A stretch of DNA of 64,000 bases from Glycera tridactyla (lineage: Eukaryota), in assembly GCA_965644265.1 (NCBI GenBank), contig OZ286461.1, positions 77,686,001 through 77,750,000 of the forward strand. Reading direction: 5' to 3'. Position 1 is the stretch's first letter; the number at the start of each line of letters is the position of its first letter. A program made the translations under genes and the position numbers. Positions 50,934 to 63,412 of the stretch are shown one piece after another. The notes under the pieces are model-generated. The model saw only the letters and a list, made by a program, of their open reading frames with translations, had not been told where the DNA came from and ran no database searches.

Positions 50934-52240
50934 GTGCGAAACGATAGTGAGGCTCGGTCTCGTTCTGGATACAATATGGCGGCTCCCTTGCAGCATCTTT
51001 CTGAACAAGAAAGTTCCAGTTTCGCACGGAATACGACGAATCTGGCCGGTTTGCGGCGAGATCTCGGCCTCGAAAGGTATGATACATCCATACAGAACTT
51101 GTCGGATAAAGTGGATAACCTGGTCGATCTCTTATCTCGTTGTGAGAGGCGAAACAGTGATGCAAACATGAGCGATAATAGGTCAACTAGTCGGCGCAGC
51201 CATTGTTCCATTTCTCCTCTCTCTCGACGCTCCTCCCCACCTGCCTCCCCTTCCAGGGCTTCAGATAAGGGCTCAGAACCAGGGGAGATCCTGGATGCCT
51301 CCATTGATGGGGAGGAGGGTTTGACAGATGCAGTGGCAGACACTTGTGACATTTCTGTGCCTAACAACACCTCCCAGGATAGGTGGGGTGCGGCCTCTAA
51401 GAGGCCAAAGGTGGGAAAGGAGGTAGAGGAGGGACTTGCTGAGTTTGTGTCGGACACATGTACCGAGGAACCGGATACAGAGTTCTTAAAATCAGTATCA
51501 GAGAAACATCTGATGCCATCCAACACCAAGGTTGCTCCACTGTGGACAAGTTAGTCTGACGGAAACTCGGGACTAAGGGCAGGAGTTTTGACCTGTCCAT
51601 TCAGGACGTACAGAAAAAGATGATGCCGGCGCTGTACTCCACCATCTCGGCACATGAACTGGCGTGTAGACTCCGCAGGAACTACCTGGAAGACCCCGAC
51701 CTCGAAAACCCTAGAGGAGACCACAAAGGAGAGCGTCTACCTTCTGGGTCATGCCTCCTTTGTAGCATCACACACACGCCGGGAGAATGCACGCTTCATC
51801 TTCAAGGATGAGTTCAAGGAGCTGTGTAACAAAGGACGCCCCCCCCCCCCCCAGTGAGGACCTGTTTGGTAAAGACTTCTCCAAGGACTGTAAAGAATTA
51901 GAGGAGAAGGCAGCAGCAACTAAGAAGGCCTTTGACGCCAGAGGCCATAATACGAGCCAATCATCTGGGAATGGTGGCAGTGACAACCGTAACAACAACA
52001 ACAACAACTCAGGAAAAAGCCGTCGGGGGCACCAACTCCTTTCGGAATGACTCTGAGGGGAAGTGGAAAAGAAAGAGATCAAACTACAATCAACAGTCAC
52101 GCCGCGGTGGGGGCACCCCATACAACAAGGGCAAGGGGGGGCCAAAAGGACGACAATCGCGCCAACAAACACACAAACACACACCATTACACATGTACTT
52201 GCACACACACACACACACCCACACACATACGTCGAGGTAA
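50934..52240 (+). mobile_element. DIRS1-type gag-like ORF1 (frameshifted)
   Basis: Coiled-coil/Ser-rich N-terminus, then LLGHASFVASHTRRENARFIFKDEFKELC...LFGKDFSKDCKEL, matching the DIRS ORF1 LG.A...S..RR...LC...LFG pattern. Frameshifts near 51550, 51650 and at the poly-C run at 51840. Confidence 0.7.
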
Positions 52241-52289
52241 ACAGACAACATGCAGCAGCATCAAAATGTAAATTGACTAATACTCAGTA

Positions 52290-55200
52290 GGAAATAAATG
52301 AGAGGAGTCTTTCTTCCACATGGTGTGATCAATATTTCGTGACCGACTGGGGGCTCATGGGGGTGGGGGGTGGGCTGCACATATTTTATACATATTCATT
52401 CTATGATCAACGATCGATTCTATCTACGGTCTAAGTATGAACTTTCAAAACGAAAGGCATGAGGGGGTAAGATGTCGCTTCCAAGATTAAAAATCTTGCT
52501 TATTTGTGACCAAACCAAATATGTTCAGAGCTGTCTGAAAGTTGTTCGATATGGGACTAAATCATGTATCGGTATGCTCAATTGCTGTTATTGAAAACTT
52601 AAATGTGCATGTTGAAGGGGGCGTGGGAGGGGGGTAAATATGTATAACACTTGTGTTGCTTAATGTATGACAATGAATTTCACAAATGAAGGGCATGGGG
52701 GTTTGATACTTGCAAGCTATCAAAAGAAAAAAGCTGTTTCCAAGTACAATATATTGTCTCGACCTGTGACTAAACCATTGACCTGTTCCTTGTTACTTGT
52801 GAATCGAAATGTTCATGTGAATGGGGGGTTGGAGGGGGGGTTTTGATATGTGTACCCCGTTTTGCTTGCACTATGCAGTTTGAATCATTGTGACTGTGAT
52901 TTTTGAATATTGTTGACTGAAGGTTGATTGTCAAGTCTATCCACTTATTGATTGAACTAGCTAATGTTGTGCATGTCTGGGGAGTCGATGTGCACCAGTC
53001 TTAACTTAGTCTTAACCTGGAAATATCAAGAATTTACCCTTGTATGCTAAGTGTACTTGGACTACAGGTTGACATTGCGTGGTTGTGCAGACATTGATGG
53101 GGTTGGGGATGGGCTGATGAATAAGGGGAGAGCGGATGCCTGGAGGGGTCTCGTGCACTGAAGTAAGTAAATCGGTATGATGTAAAGCGCCATCTGGCGC
53201 AACTATGAATATCATGGTATTTCGCCAGATTGGACCTTTTGCCTATCACTCTGATGGATTTAAGAGTCTTCCCAGAACACTCGAGGATAGCCTATATTTT
53301 CATTCTCAACATAGATCAACTGAAGGTCTCTCCTCCGGGACTACCTACAACCTATATTCTCACTTTCAGCATTTTCTCAACCAAAAGCCTCGCTTCTACG
53401 GTTATTTTTTTCCTCGTGCCTAATCAATTATTTGTTTGATTTTTGCTGTGCTGTATCCATGTGAACCAATCTGACCAGTGGTTAAGCTTCCTTCCCACTC
53501 TTATTTCATTTAATTTAACTGTGACTACTACCCAAATTGCATCAATTACAACCGCTTGAAACCTAACTTTCTCTCAACACGGATTTTACTCCAGTTTATA
53601 TATATTACTTTATTATACAACCTTTTATTGTATTGTTTGTGTATCATTGTACTATATCGTTGTGACTTATGTCACACTTCTGAGCTTACCATCAGTTTTT
53701 GTACCAGCCTCCCAATCATTCTTCTCAATAAGCTCTCTTAACAATGGCTCTTTTCCCACCAACAGAGGACGTCTCAAAAGTGGACTACTCAATAACTGCC
53801 CTGAAACACCAGAGCAAAATGGGCTTCGGGTTCTTAAACATTAGAAGCGTTACACATAAGCTGGACGAAGTTAGATTGCTTTTAGAAGAAAGTGGACTAA
53901 ATTTTCTCGGCATGACCGAATCCTTTCTAAACAATTCAGTATCTGACCTAGAACTTGGCATCAATGAATACTGCTTCGGCAGAGCTGACAGAAATGTGAA
54001 TGCTGGACGGTCAGCGGGAGGAGGTATTTTGGTTTATTGTGAAAATACTCATGACTTTAATATCCTTCAGGAATCACATATCTGTCACGAGGACATCGAA
54101 CTCCTGTGGGTCAAACTAAATCTCCCGTCCACCCGCCCTACTTATATTTGTACTGTGTACTGCCCCCCTTCTGGTCAGTTAGAAACTGCTCTGGAGAAAC
54201 TCAGTGAAAGTATTGCTGCTGTAGTACAGGAAGGTAATGCAGATGTTTTAATCGGAGCAGACATAAATGTGAATGTTTTGATTAATAATAGTGCAACTCG
54301 CAAACTAAAGAACTATCTCTCTGGATTACATCTCTCGCTTGTCATAAATAGTCCGACACATGTTACTGGCAACTCCAGTACGTGCATCGACAACATCTTT
54401 GTCAATAATGCCAATCAATTCTCTCATTGGGGAGTAATCGACCCAGGAATCATTGATCATAGCCTGGTGTATTGCTTTCGTCAGAGAGAAACGAGAACCC
54501 CCATCCAACATACACATAACTTTAGAGACTTTAGAAGACTTGACACTGCTGCCTTCAAAAAGGACATTGCAGATCTTGACCTGGACATGAACAGTTTTGA
54601 AAATGTGAATGACCTTGTTTACGATTTTGAAGAACAGGTCAAATTTGTAGTTGATAAACATATTCCGCTTAAGAAAGCAAAAGCCACCACTATTTATGCA
54701 CCCTGGATAAATGACACCTATCTTTCTCTCGCATCTGCACGAATATACTGGTCCAACAAGTTTGGAAAATCTGGCTCTCCAGAACATGAGGTGCGAAAAC
54801 AGGAGTTTATATCAAGATTCGTAGCAGCAACCTTGACCAGTTCGAAAAATCCATACAATCTGATCTCTGATTGTGTTGAGGGTCACGAGAAACCAGCTTT
54901 CTGCTTTATTAGGCCCATATATCATCAAATACTTTTTTTGATCTTCAATGCGTCTTAGTGAATACCATACGGGCTGTGGCATCTGTCAACAGCCACTGTA
55001 TTGTATTGCACTGTGAGCCGCAGGCAACCCAATCTCTGTCTCAGTTTTGTTCCTCTCGCATCAAATATTTCCTCGCTCAGCAAATATTGTACTAGCCCTG
55101 GCACCTGCCACTGACCACTGTCTTATGGATCTCGAAGCGAATATGAGGCTTATCTACAGTCCCTTATAATGTCTGATTGAAAAACAAAACAAACAAAATA

Positions 55201-56045
55201 ACGAGTAGTTATTCTTACTTGCAGTCATCTATGGCAACTCTCCTCTGAGACGCTCTAAGTACCCTACCCACGGCCAGTGCTCCCCATCTAATTTGACTAT
55301 CACTTGCTGAATAACATAGGGTGTTCCCCTCTCCTTCTTCCAAAAATCCCTCAAACAGAGCCTCGACCAGCATGTCAAATCAGAATTATCCATTTCTGCT
55401 CTCTCAAGAACCTTTGAACCCAGGGCTTTGATGGGCTTACCTCAACACAAATTATTGTGACCTATTCTACTACTGTGCAAATCTACTAGTGGTCTTAACC
55501 ATGTGTAATGGTTATAGCTGTGACTAGGTTCTGACTGCATAAGTGTTAACATAACAAGAGGTGTATTTTTATTTTGTATTCTTATGTAATCACAGAATGT
55601 CAATCAACTGTATGTAAATGAATGCATGTAAGGCTAACGACTCATGTGTATTCTGTCTCATCCAGCCTACTGAAGCGTTCTCTCACCACAACTTGATTTA
55701 CGTCTATTTTGAAGTTTTCATATCACATGATATCTGCCTGTTTCTGAACCATTGTCACAGATTATTTGTCACACCGTCTCTCGATGATCTTACAATCCCC
55801 GTATAATTCCCTTCCTTTCTCTGCAACTCTTATCACCATTTCTACCTCTCTATATAATACAGGACAGACACCCACACCCGTCAGTACCAATCCCTTACCA
55901 CAATATACCATTCTCCTCTCTCTTCCTGTAATTTGATATGTATATATGTTTCTTTTGTTTGTTTGTACTCTGTCTGAAAAATACAGTCTTTGTACCTTTC
56001 TGTAGCAGAGTTTGAATAAAGTTCAATTCAATCCAAATTCAAAGG
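52290..56045 (+). mobile_element. Internally deleted L2/CR1-group LINE inserted in the DIRS element; APE ORF at 53744-54958
   Basis: GFLNIRS, GMTESFL, DR..GGGILVY, VYCPP, CIDNIF, GIIDHSLVY. No RT core recognisable. AATAAAG plus (TTCAA)n-like tail at about 56015-56045. The 5' boundary is uncertain. Confidence 0.75.
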
Positions 56046-56109
56046 TTCCAACAACAACAACAGCAACAGCTATGATTCAAAAAACTAGTTCGTCCCGGCA
56101 CAGGCCCAG

Positions 56110-57990
56110 CCGGATCACTGGGCCACAATATCCAGGCCTGGCACCAGGTCACCTCGGATCCCTGGATCCTGGACACTGTCTCAGGATATACGCTGGAACT
56201 GGGGGAGGATCCATATCAGGACTCTCCGAGGATCACCCCAGTCCCTCGGGATCCAGGCCGACATGCCCTGGTGCAGGGGGAAATTGACTCCCTCCTCGGA
56301 AAACAAGCGATCACACCTGTGAACTACCACCCTCTGGAGTACATCTCGACGATCTTTTAAGTGGAAAAGAATTAGGGGGGGGGGGGGGGGGCAGAGGCCA
56401 GTTATCAACCTCAAATATCTGAACATGCACATGGAAAAGATCGGATTCGAAATGGAGAGCCTCCAGTCCGCCCTGGCCTTGATCCAGCCCGGGGACTTCA
56501 TGACATCCATAGACCTCCAAGACGCATTCTTCAGTGTCCCGATACGGATGGAGGACAGGAAGTTTCTCCGTTTCTCCTGGAAAGGACAGCATTACGAGTT
56601 CAATTGCCTTCCCTATGGCCTCCGGTTGGCCCCCCGGGTCTTCACCAAACTTACCAAACCAATCATGGGGGAGGCCAGAGCCAGGGGCATTCGCGGAGTT
56701 ATATATATATAGACGACACCCTACTCCTGGGCCACTCACGCACAACCGCTGCAGAGGACACGGACTACCTAACCAGAAAATTCATGGACCTTGGTTTCTC
56801 GGTCAACCACAAGAAGTCTGCTCTCCAACCGAGTACCTCTCTGGACTTCCTGGGTTTCCATCTGGACAGCATGCGTATGGAGATATCCTTGTCTCGGGAG
56901 AAAGTGGACAAACTACACAGAAGCATATGCCACCTCCTCTGCCTGGACCCGCCCACAGTACGGCAGGTCATAGGGGCCATGGTCGCCACCTTCCCAGCAG
57001 TCCACCCGGGCCCACTCCACTATCGAGCCCTGGGGGTGGGGAAAACATGCCCTATATCACACCGGTTCCTTCCGGGGCCCGTGTCCACTTTCCCCTGTCA
57101 TGAAAGAGGTGGCTTGCCAATCTTGTCACACACAACAAAACGGATGAAGGCCCCTCCAGTGGACTTCACCACCACCTCGGATGCCTCCATGGAAGGATGG
57201 GGGGCAGTCCTGGGGGAGGCAAAAGTGAACGGAAGATGGGGCCCGGAGGTGTCGCAGGAACATATAAACCTCCTCGAGTTGACAGGCGCCTACTTCAGAC
57301 TTCAAGGGGTCCATATCCAGGGCTCTACATTAACTTTTTCCTTCAGCTGTCCTTTGGGCAGGTGGAGTAGGATTTTTACCTGCCCTCCCTATCATTTCCA
57401 CCTGCCCTCCTGCATATAATTATAGCCCGAAAAAGGGTTGGGTACCTGCCCATTGGGCAGGTAGATTGATGAAATCACCTGCCCTAACAGCAAATCTGCC
57501 TGCCTGTGCCAGTAGGGCAACCATTAGCGTAGAGCCCTGATATCCTTCTGGAGATGGACAATACCACGGCAGTGGCTTACATCAACCATATGGGCGGCAC
57601 CCACTCCCAGAAACTCAACAACCTGGCAAGAGAAATTTTTGCAGTGGGCTATGAGTCGGGACATTGACCTGTCCGCGACACATATTCCAGGGGTGGCAAA
57701 CATCATGGCGGACACGCTCAGTAGAGTTTTCTCAGAACGGACAGAATGGATGCTGCACCGGAACGTGTTCCGAAGGATTTGCCAACTGTTTTACCACCCG
57801 GAAGTAGACCTATTCGCCTCGCGGCTGAATCACCAGGTCCCGACCTTCGTCTCCTGGCAACCGGACCCCCGAGCTTGGAAGGTACAGGCCCTCGCAACGA
57901 GATGGACGGAACTGGAGGGATACGCCTTCCCCCATTCTCGCTACTCAACAAGGTAGTCAACAAAGTGTCGGTAGACAAAGCCAGGCTCAT
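56110..57990 (+). mobile_element. DIRS1-type RT / RNase H / methyltransferase-like region (frameshifted)
   Basis: AGSLGHNIQAWHQVTSDPWILDTVSGY; RPVINLKYLN; IDLQDAFFSVP; FNCLPYGLRLAPRVFTK; IYIDDTL; TSDASMEGWG; HINLLEL; MDNTTAVAYINHMGGT; HIPGVANIMADTLSR; VDLFASRLN; YAFP. Confidence 0.93.
57318..57539. mobile_element. 222-bp MITE with 5-bp TSD ATATC nested in the DIRS RNase H
   Basis: Removing the element plus one ATATC restores LQGVHILLEMDNTTAVAY in frame. Confidence 0.93.
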
Positions 57991-58150
57991 CTTGATCACC
58001 CCCCCTCTGGCGGACTCAACCCTGGTTTCCATCTCTCCTGCGTCTGTTGGTTGCCAAACCGATCCTCCTCCGGCGGAGGCCCAACCTCCTGCTCCTCGTC
58101 CACAGACCTCATGCTCGTCACCCCCTCTGGGAGGACCTAGACATAGTCCA

Positions 58151-59151
58151 ATGGCTTGTCTCCGGGATCACCTCCGAAGGAGAGGCTTTTCGGGAAGAGC
58201 TGCTAGACTCGTCAGTGCCTCCTGGACGAAAGGCACAGGGAAGCAGTACGAAGCAGCATGGAAGAAGTGGTCTCGCTGGTGCCGTCGGAGGCGTCAAGAT
58301 CCCCTTTCAGCCCCTATGGAGGATGTAGCAGACTTTCTGGCCGCCGAGTTCGAGGGGGGCCGCTCATACAATACGCTGAATTCATACCGCTCAGCCATCT
58401 CATCCACTCACGTTGGTTACAGGGGTACCCCCATTGGACAACACAATACCATCAGACGCCTTCTGAAAGGTGCCTTAGTCCTCCGACCCCCGGCTCCCAG
58501 ATATGCGTCCACCTGGGACGTCGGCAGAGTAATCAGCTACCTCAAAGGCCTTCCGGATGCACACAGATTGTCTCTGAAAGATCTAACGCTTAAACTCATC
58601 ATGCTGGCTGCACTTACCTCGGCAGACAGGGGTCAGACCCTGTCTCTGATCAACCCCCGGTTTATGTCCTTCACCAATGGGATGGGGACATGCTTCATCA
58701 CGGACAGAACTAAAACCTCCAGACCGGGTAAGGCAATCAGGAAAGTGATCCTCCCTGGGTTCCCACAGGACAAACGAATCTGCGTAAAGACTTTATGCAG
58801 GACATACTTACGTAGAACGGAACCCTTTAGGTCTGGTGGTAACCAGGATGACAACCAGTCAAGGAATGCCTAGTACCGTCTGTTCTTATCGTACAGAAGA
58901 CCCCACAAACCTGTCACCACAGCAACCCTGGCAAGGTGGATCAGAGTGGTACTGGCCAGGGCCGGAATCAAGGGGTATGGAGCCCACACAAACGCAGTGC
59001 AGCTACTTTGGCTGCCCTGGATTCTGTCCTAGCAATGAAGGACATCCTGAAAGCAGCAGATTGGTCAAGGGAATCTACGTTCAACAGATTCTATAACCGG
59101 TCCCAGGATGACACCGTTTTTGGCAGGGCCATGCTTTCGGCACGGTCCTAG
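58151..59151 (+). mobile_element. DIRS tyrosine recombinase (frameshifted near 58860 and 58990)
   Basis: SWTKGTGKQYEAAWKKW, SYNTLNSYRSAIS, TWDV..V..YL, LTLKLIMLAALTSADR, LARWI..VL..AGI..YGAH, RSAA, ILKAADWSRESTFNRFY. Confidence 0.93.
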
Positions 59152-59161
59152 ACTTCGAAGT

Positions 59162-59522
59162 CTGCATTCTAAGCCCTACCCTTCAGCGTAGTGAAGGATA
59201 ATTAGAAATTATACAAGGGTCTTACCTGTAGGATAATTGGAATTATCCGAACTACGAAGAAGGGTAGGGCTTAGGTCCCGCCCTTCGTCATAGACCTGGC
59301 CCTTGTATGGTTTTTGCCCTTCACACGCTAGCAATAAGGAGGAATCAGTGGGGTTCACATGCAGGCTACGAAGTTTTATGACTGCCATTAATAATGTCAG
59401 TCTATTCAAATCGTGAGCAGTCCCAGTCAGCAGCCAAGAACTGCATTCTGAGCCCTACCCTTCATCGTAGTTCGGATAATTCCAATTATCCTACAGGTAA
59501 GACCCTTGTATAATTTCTAATT
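59162..59522 (+). repeat. DIRS internal complementary region and right terminal inverted-repeat structure
   Basis: 59201-59274 is the reverse complement of 59447-59522; 59162-59200 directly repeats 59441-59479. This fits the ICR/rITR layout. No matching left ITR found upstream of the gag. Confidence 0.8.
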
Positions 59523-60097
59523 TTGTGGGCTGACAAATTTTGTGGGCAGACAACCAAAATTTTATGTGACTTGCCCACCTGCACGAGTGGATGAAAAACT
59601 TCATGTCATGCATGCCCTGCCAATAAAATCCAACAAATGTCATTTCTTATGAAGACCATTTTAAGAAATTAGTAAATTCATCATTTAACAATTGTATTTT
59701 CTGAGCCAGAAATGATTGAAATGAAAAGTCCCCAGGATTTTTCAGAAATGACGAAGAACTATGACTGGCATTGGCGCCTTCACTAAACTGACTTTCAAAT
59801 ATATTGGAGTGATCAGATTGCTGGTGTGGCCAGCTGAGAACAACCACCGCACCCAGGAAACAGGATAAGCAATATTATTCACTTGCAGTGGGCTTTCTGA
59901 GGGTGAGGTGTGCCTTTTTCCCCAGAAAGGAGGAGGTTTCTGTCAGGTTTGTGGGCCATTGCCCCCCCCCCCCATTAGTAAATAAACTCTGTGTCTCATA
60001 GGGATCTCATAGCATAAGTTTCTTACAAGCAATAACTGGATCACTCAATGATGAATTTGACATGGATCTGAACTGGGTCATTGTTTTTCAATTGTAG

Positions 60098-63000
60098 GTC
60101 CACTCAGTCGACGACTGGGTCGGCCACCAGTGGCAATATCACCCATTCGGACCGTACAACTTCGAACAGCTTCTCCTGCAAAAGGCACTAAAGTTGACAC
60201 ACAAAAGGTGAGAGTTAGTTTGCCAAACAGACAGTTCACTGGTAGAGGATGCCTTATCCATTTGTATTAGGCCATGAGATGAATCTGCCTTTCAGATAAA
60301 ACTGAATTTCCAACAGTTTTTTCATTTCCCCCCAGTTTTTGTTCGATTTTTGGATTTGGTTTATTTTGTAAACATTGTTCTTGATTCATATCAGAATTTC
60401 CTATGCCCTGGATATATGGGTCATGTTGCAGTCACATTAGTGGAACTTGCAATGAGAGAACAAAATCTTTTGTGACAGTACAGTCGGGCTGGGACGAAAC
60501 ACATTAGTCATGAAACAAAACATTTCTAGAAACACACATAGCAAAATGAATGACAAAACGAGATGCCATGCAACCCTCCTTCAGGAGTCCGGCATGGTCC
60601 TCCCCAGTGCGAGTGACATAAGCAAGCCACCCTTATTTTGTTGGCTCGCATGCAAAGCAAGATGCGTGTCTATGTGATGATGCAGGTGGTCTGTTCGTTT
60701 GGCTGCATCTGTCTGTCTGTCCAGTCATCACTTTGTAGAACGTAAATCTTGAGGTTAAAGTTTTGCGTACAAGTTTTTCTTTGAAGCCTCAATCAGTTAA
60801 TATTGCACCTACATTCTTCAAATTTGATATACCATATATACTGACGTATTGGTCGAGTTTTTTTCACCAGAATCCGAGCCAAAAACAAGGGGGTCGACTT
60901 ATATGCCCGACATGGAGGATAATTCAGATTTTTCAAACCAAACATGCTCGGAGAATCCGATGCTGACCCAGCTGTCGACAACGATATTTTTCTGAAATCC
61001 TGATTGCACTTGAAAATGGCCAGAATACACCCGGGGGTCAATGAATAGCACCAAACACACGATTGTTGACTCTACTTGCGTATATGATTATCATTATTGA
61101 GAAAATCCTAACGATTTCACCATAAACGTGATGAAAACATTAGACGGAAGCAGCTAATCGAGAAAGTTCCGCCATTTCGAGCAGGTGACATTCTTTTCTT
61201 TTGCAAATGATTCATATTATCGAAATTTTGGTGAATTGTCCCACCCTTGCAGTACAGTTGAGCAGGTACTGCTTTCACTCTGCCTCCCCCAACCCTTATA
61301 TTCTTTAATTGAACATGCATATAATGGATCTGCTTTGATCATGATGACTGTTTTCAGGTCGTTGCAGACGTGGTGCATCAGCTGAAGGCGGACAGCCGTC
61401 TTGCGGCTGTCCTTGCTAAAACTATCAACCAGTGGGTCAAATCATCTGGCAGCGGGAATGGATCGGTATGTATAATTTTTGCACATCAGAAATTTCCTGC
61501 AGAGATATGACAATTTGAGCAAATGTAACCAGCCATAGAATGAACAGAAATTCAAATTGAAGGAAACCTGACAAGTGACCTCCCTAGAATGCTATGATAA
61601 GTGGTCATTCAGAGGAAGTTCAACCTATTAGTGATCATGGCAACCATGTGGTGAGAGGCAAATTTCCAACAACATTAGTGATCAATCTTGCACTTAATAA
61701 ATGCAGAGAATTTCCACAAATACAAAGTTATACACAGAAATATGTATATTGTATCTACTTGGGTGTATAGCTGATGTTCATGAGGAAATATCCAGGGCTT
61801 GACATTGAGGGGTGTCTCATTGTCCGGGACAGGTAGAAATCCATGGCGGACAAGTAAATTTGATATCCAACTTGCCCGATGGACAACTGCAGTTTTCTTA
61901 TATACAGTGAAACCTGCGACGAAAGACCGCCCCAAATGTCACCAAAAAGCAGTCTCTCAAAAGAGGTGGTCTCTCGTCGGAGGTATTTTGACTATGTCAT
62001 AAAGAAAAGCTGCCCTGGAAAAGCGGTCTCCCGTCAGAGGTGGTCTCTCGTCGGGGTCTCTCGTCGCAGGTTTCACTGTTTTGTAATTTTCTGTTGGACA
62101 AGTGAATTTCATCGGCGGACAACCAAAAATTCTACATCACTTGTCTGCATTGACAAGTGGCTGAAAATCCTAATGTTAAGCCCTGATTACACCATACTTT
62201 TAACTTGCTATCGTTGTTGACATGTGAGCAGCAATCCAAGATGGCGTTGTCTATGTTGTGAAGAGCACGGTTGAACAGGCCAGTTCAATTAGCTCACCCA
62301 CGCCATTCATGACAATTTCTGTCAGATCTCTTTTGCTGATATGATGCAACTCCCAACCCTGCTTTCAGTTCACCCCCCCCCCCCCCCCCTGCTTTATATT
62401 TCAGCTAATTACTGGAATAGCCCTAATCTAGTTTATCAATTTTGACTAAAAAATCTATATTACAGAGTGTCATATGTACATCCTAAAATGGCCATATCGT
62501 ACTGATCACAACTCAGAGTTCTACGTTTGCCAAAATATTTTGAATTTTTGGTAGCAAGTTAATACAATGCCAATTACAACCTCTCAAAATTATAGGGGTG
62601 GCTGGCTCCTAACTTTCAAAATATGGTACCCAGTGGGTAAATTTGGTAGCCATTGGCTACCCACATGTAGAAACGTAGAGCCTTACAACTTAAACTAGAC
62701 CAATAAAACCGTCAGCCCAAAAGTACAAAAAACATTCATACTCTGGCTGACATAACCTAGGTTATTGATGTCAAAATATAATGGAACAATACCAGAAAGG
62801 GACTGTGATGTAATGCATGACACCATCAAGTTATATCTCAAACTGGAATGATGAAATTGCACACTCTGGAGACATCTTCAAAGCCGACCCAAAGATACAA
62901 TTAAAAATGTTGGGGAGGGCAGGTAAAAATCATTTCCAGCTGTGTCTAGTCATTTGGGCCTGCATGCTAGATTAATCTTTTACAAAAAAACACCCGAGAA

Positions 63001-63412
63001 CTAGATGCCACTGCAACTTCACGATTCATATGCCAAAACAATGCTCTTAAGTTGTTAATGTGCAGTAGGTGACAGTCTCTTGCCGACCATTTGACAGAGA
63101 CAGGAAAACGAGAGCGTTAACGAATTTTTCCTCCCAATAAAGACATATTCTTGTGTTTCGAAAGACGATCTTTCAGTATCTAACGGTATTTCTGCATGAA
63201 TTTCATGCTCAAGTTTATGATGATTCGAATACTTTCAAGGGAGTGTATGATGTTTGCAGAGTGAATCGGAGGCGATACAGATCACAATCAAGGAGGAACC
63301 TCTAGATTCGTGTGAGGTGGAATGTCGGGCATCTTCTGGTGAAGTGAAATCCGTAGATGAGAAATCAAGTCCGGCAAAGGCCAAAACTGATGTGCCAGCT
63401 ACCCCCAGTGAG
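60098..63412 (+). CDS. Internal exons of an unidentified probable nuclear protein gene (60098-60207, 61358-61465, 63260-63412)
   Basis: All three have AG/GT boundaries with compatible phases and give GPLSRRLGRPPVAISPIRTVQLRTASPAKGTKVDTQK-VVADVVHQLKADSRLAAVLAKTINQWVKSSGSGNGS-SESEAIQITIKEEPLDS...PATPSE. The 5' and 3' exons were not located. Confidence 0.7.
61905..62078. mobile_element. MITE with CAGTGAAACCTGCGACGA termini
   Basis: TA|CAGTGAAACCTGCGACGA ... TCGTCGCAGGTTTCACTG; left end also at 49142. Confidence 0.75.

Noticed and set aside
59745-59902. Upstream exon for the plus-strand gene
   Set aside because: No acceptor/GT-donor pair gives an open frame ending in phase 1.
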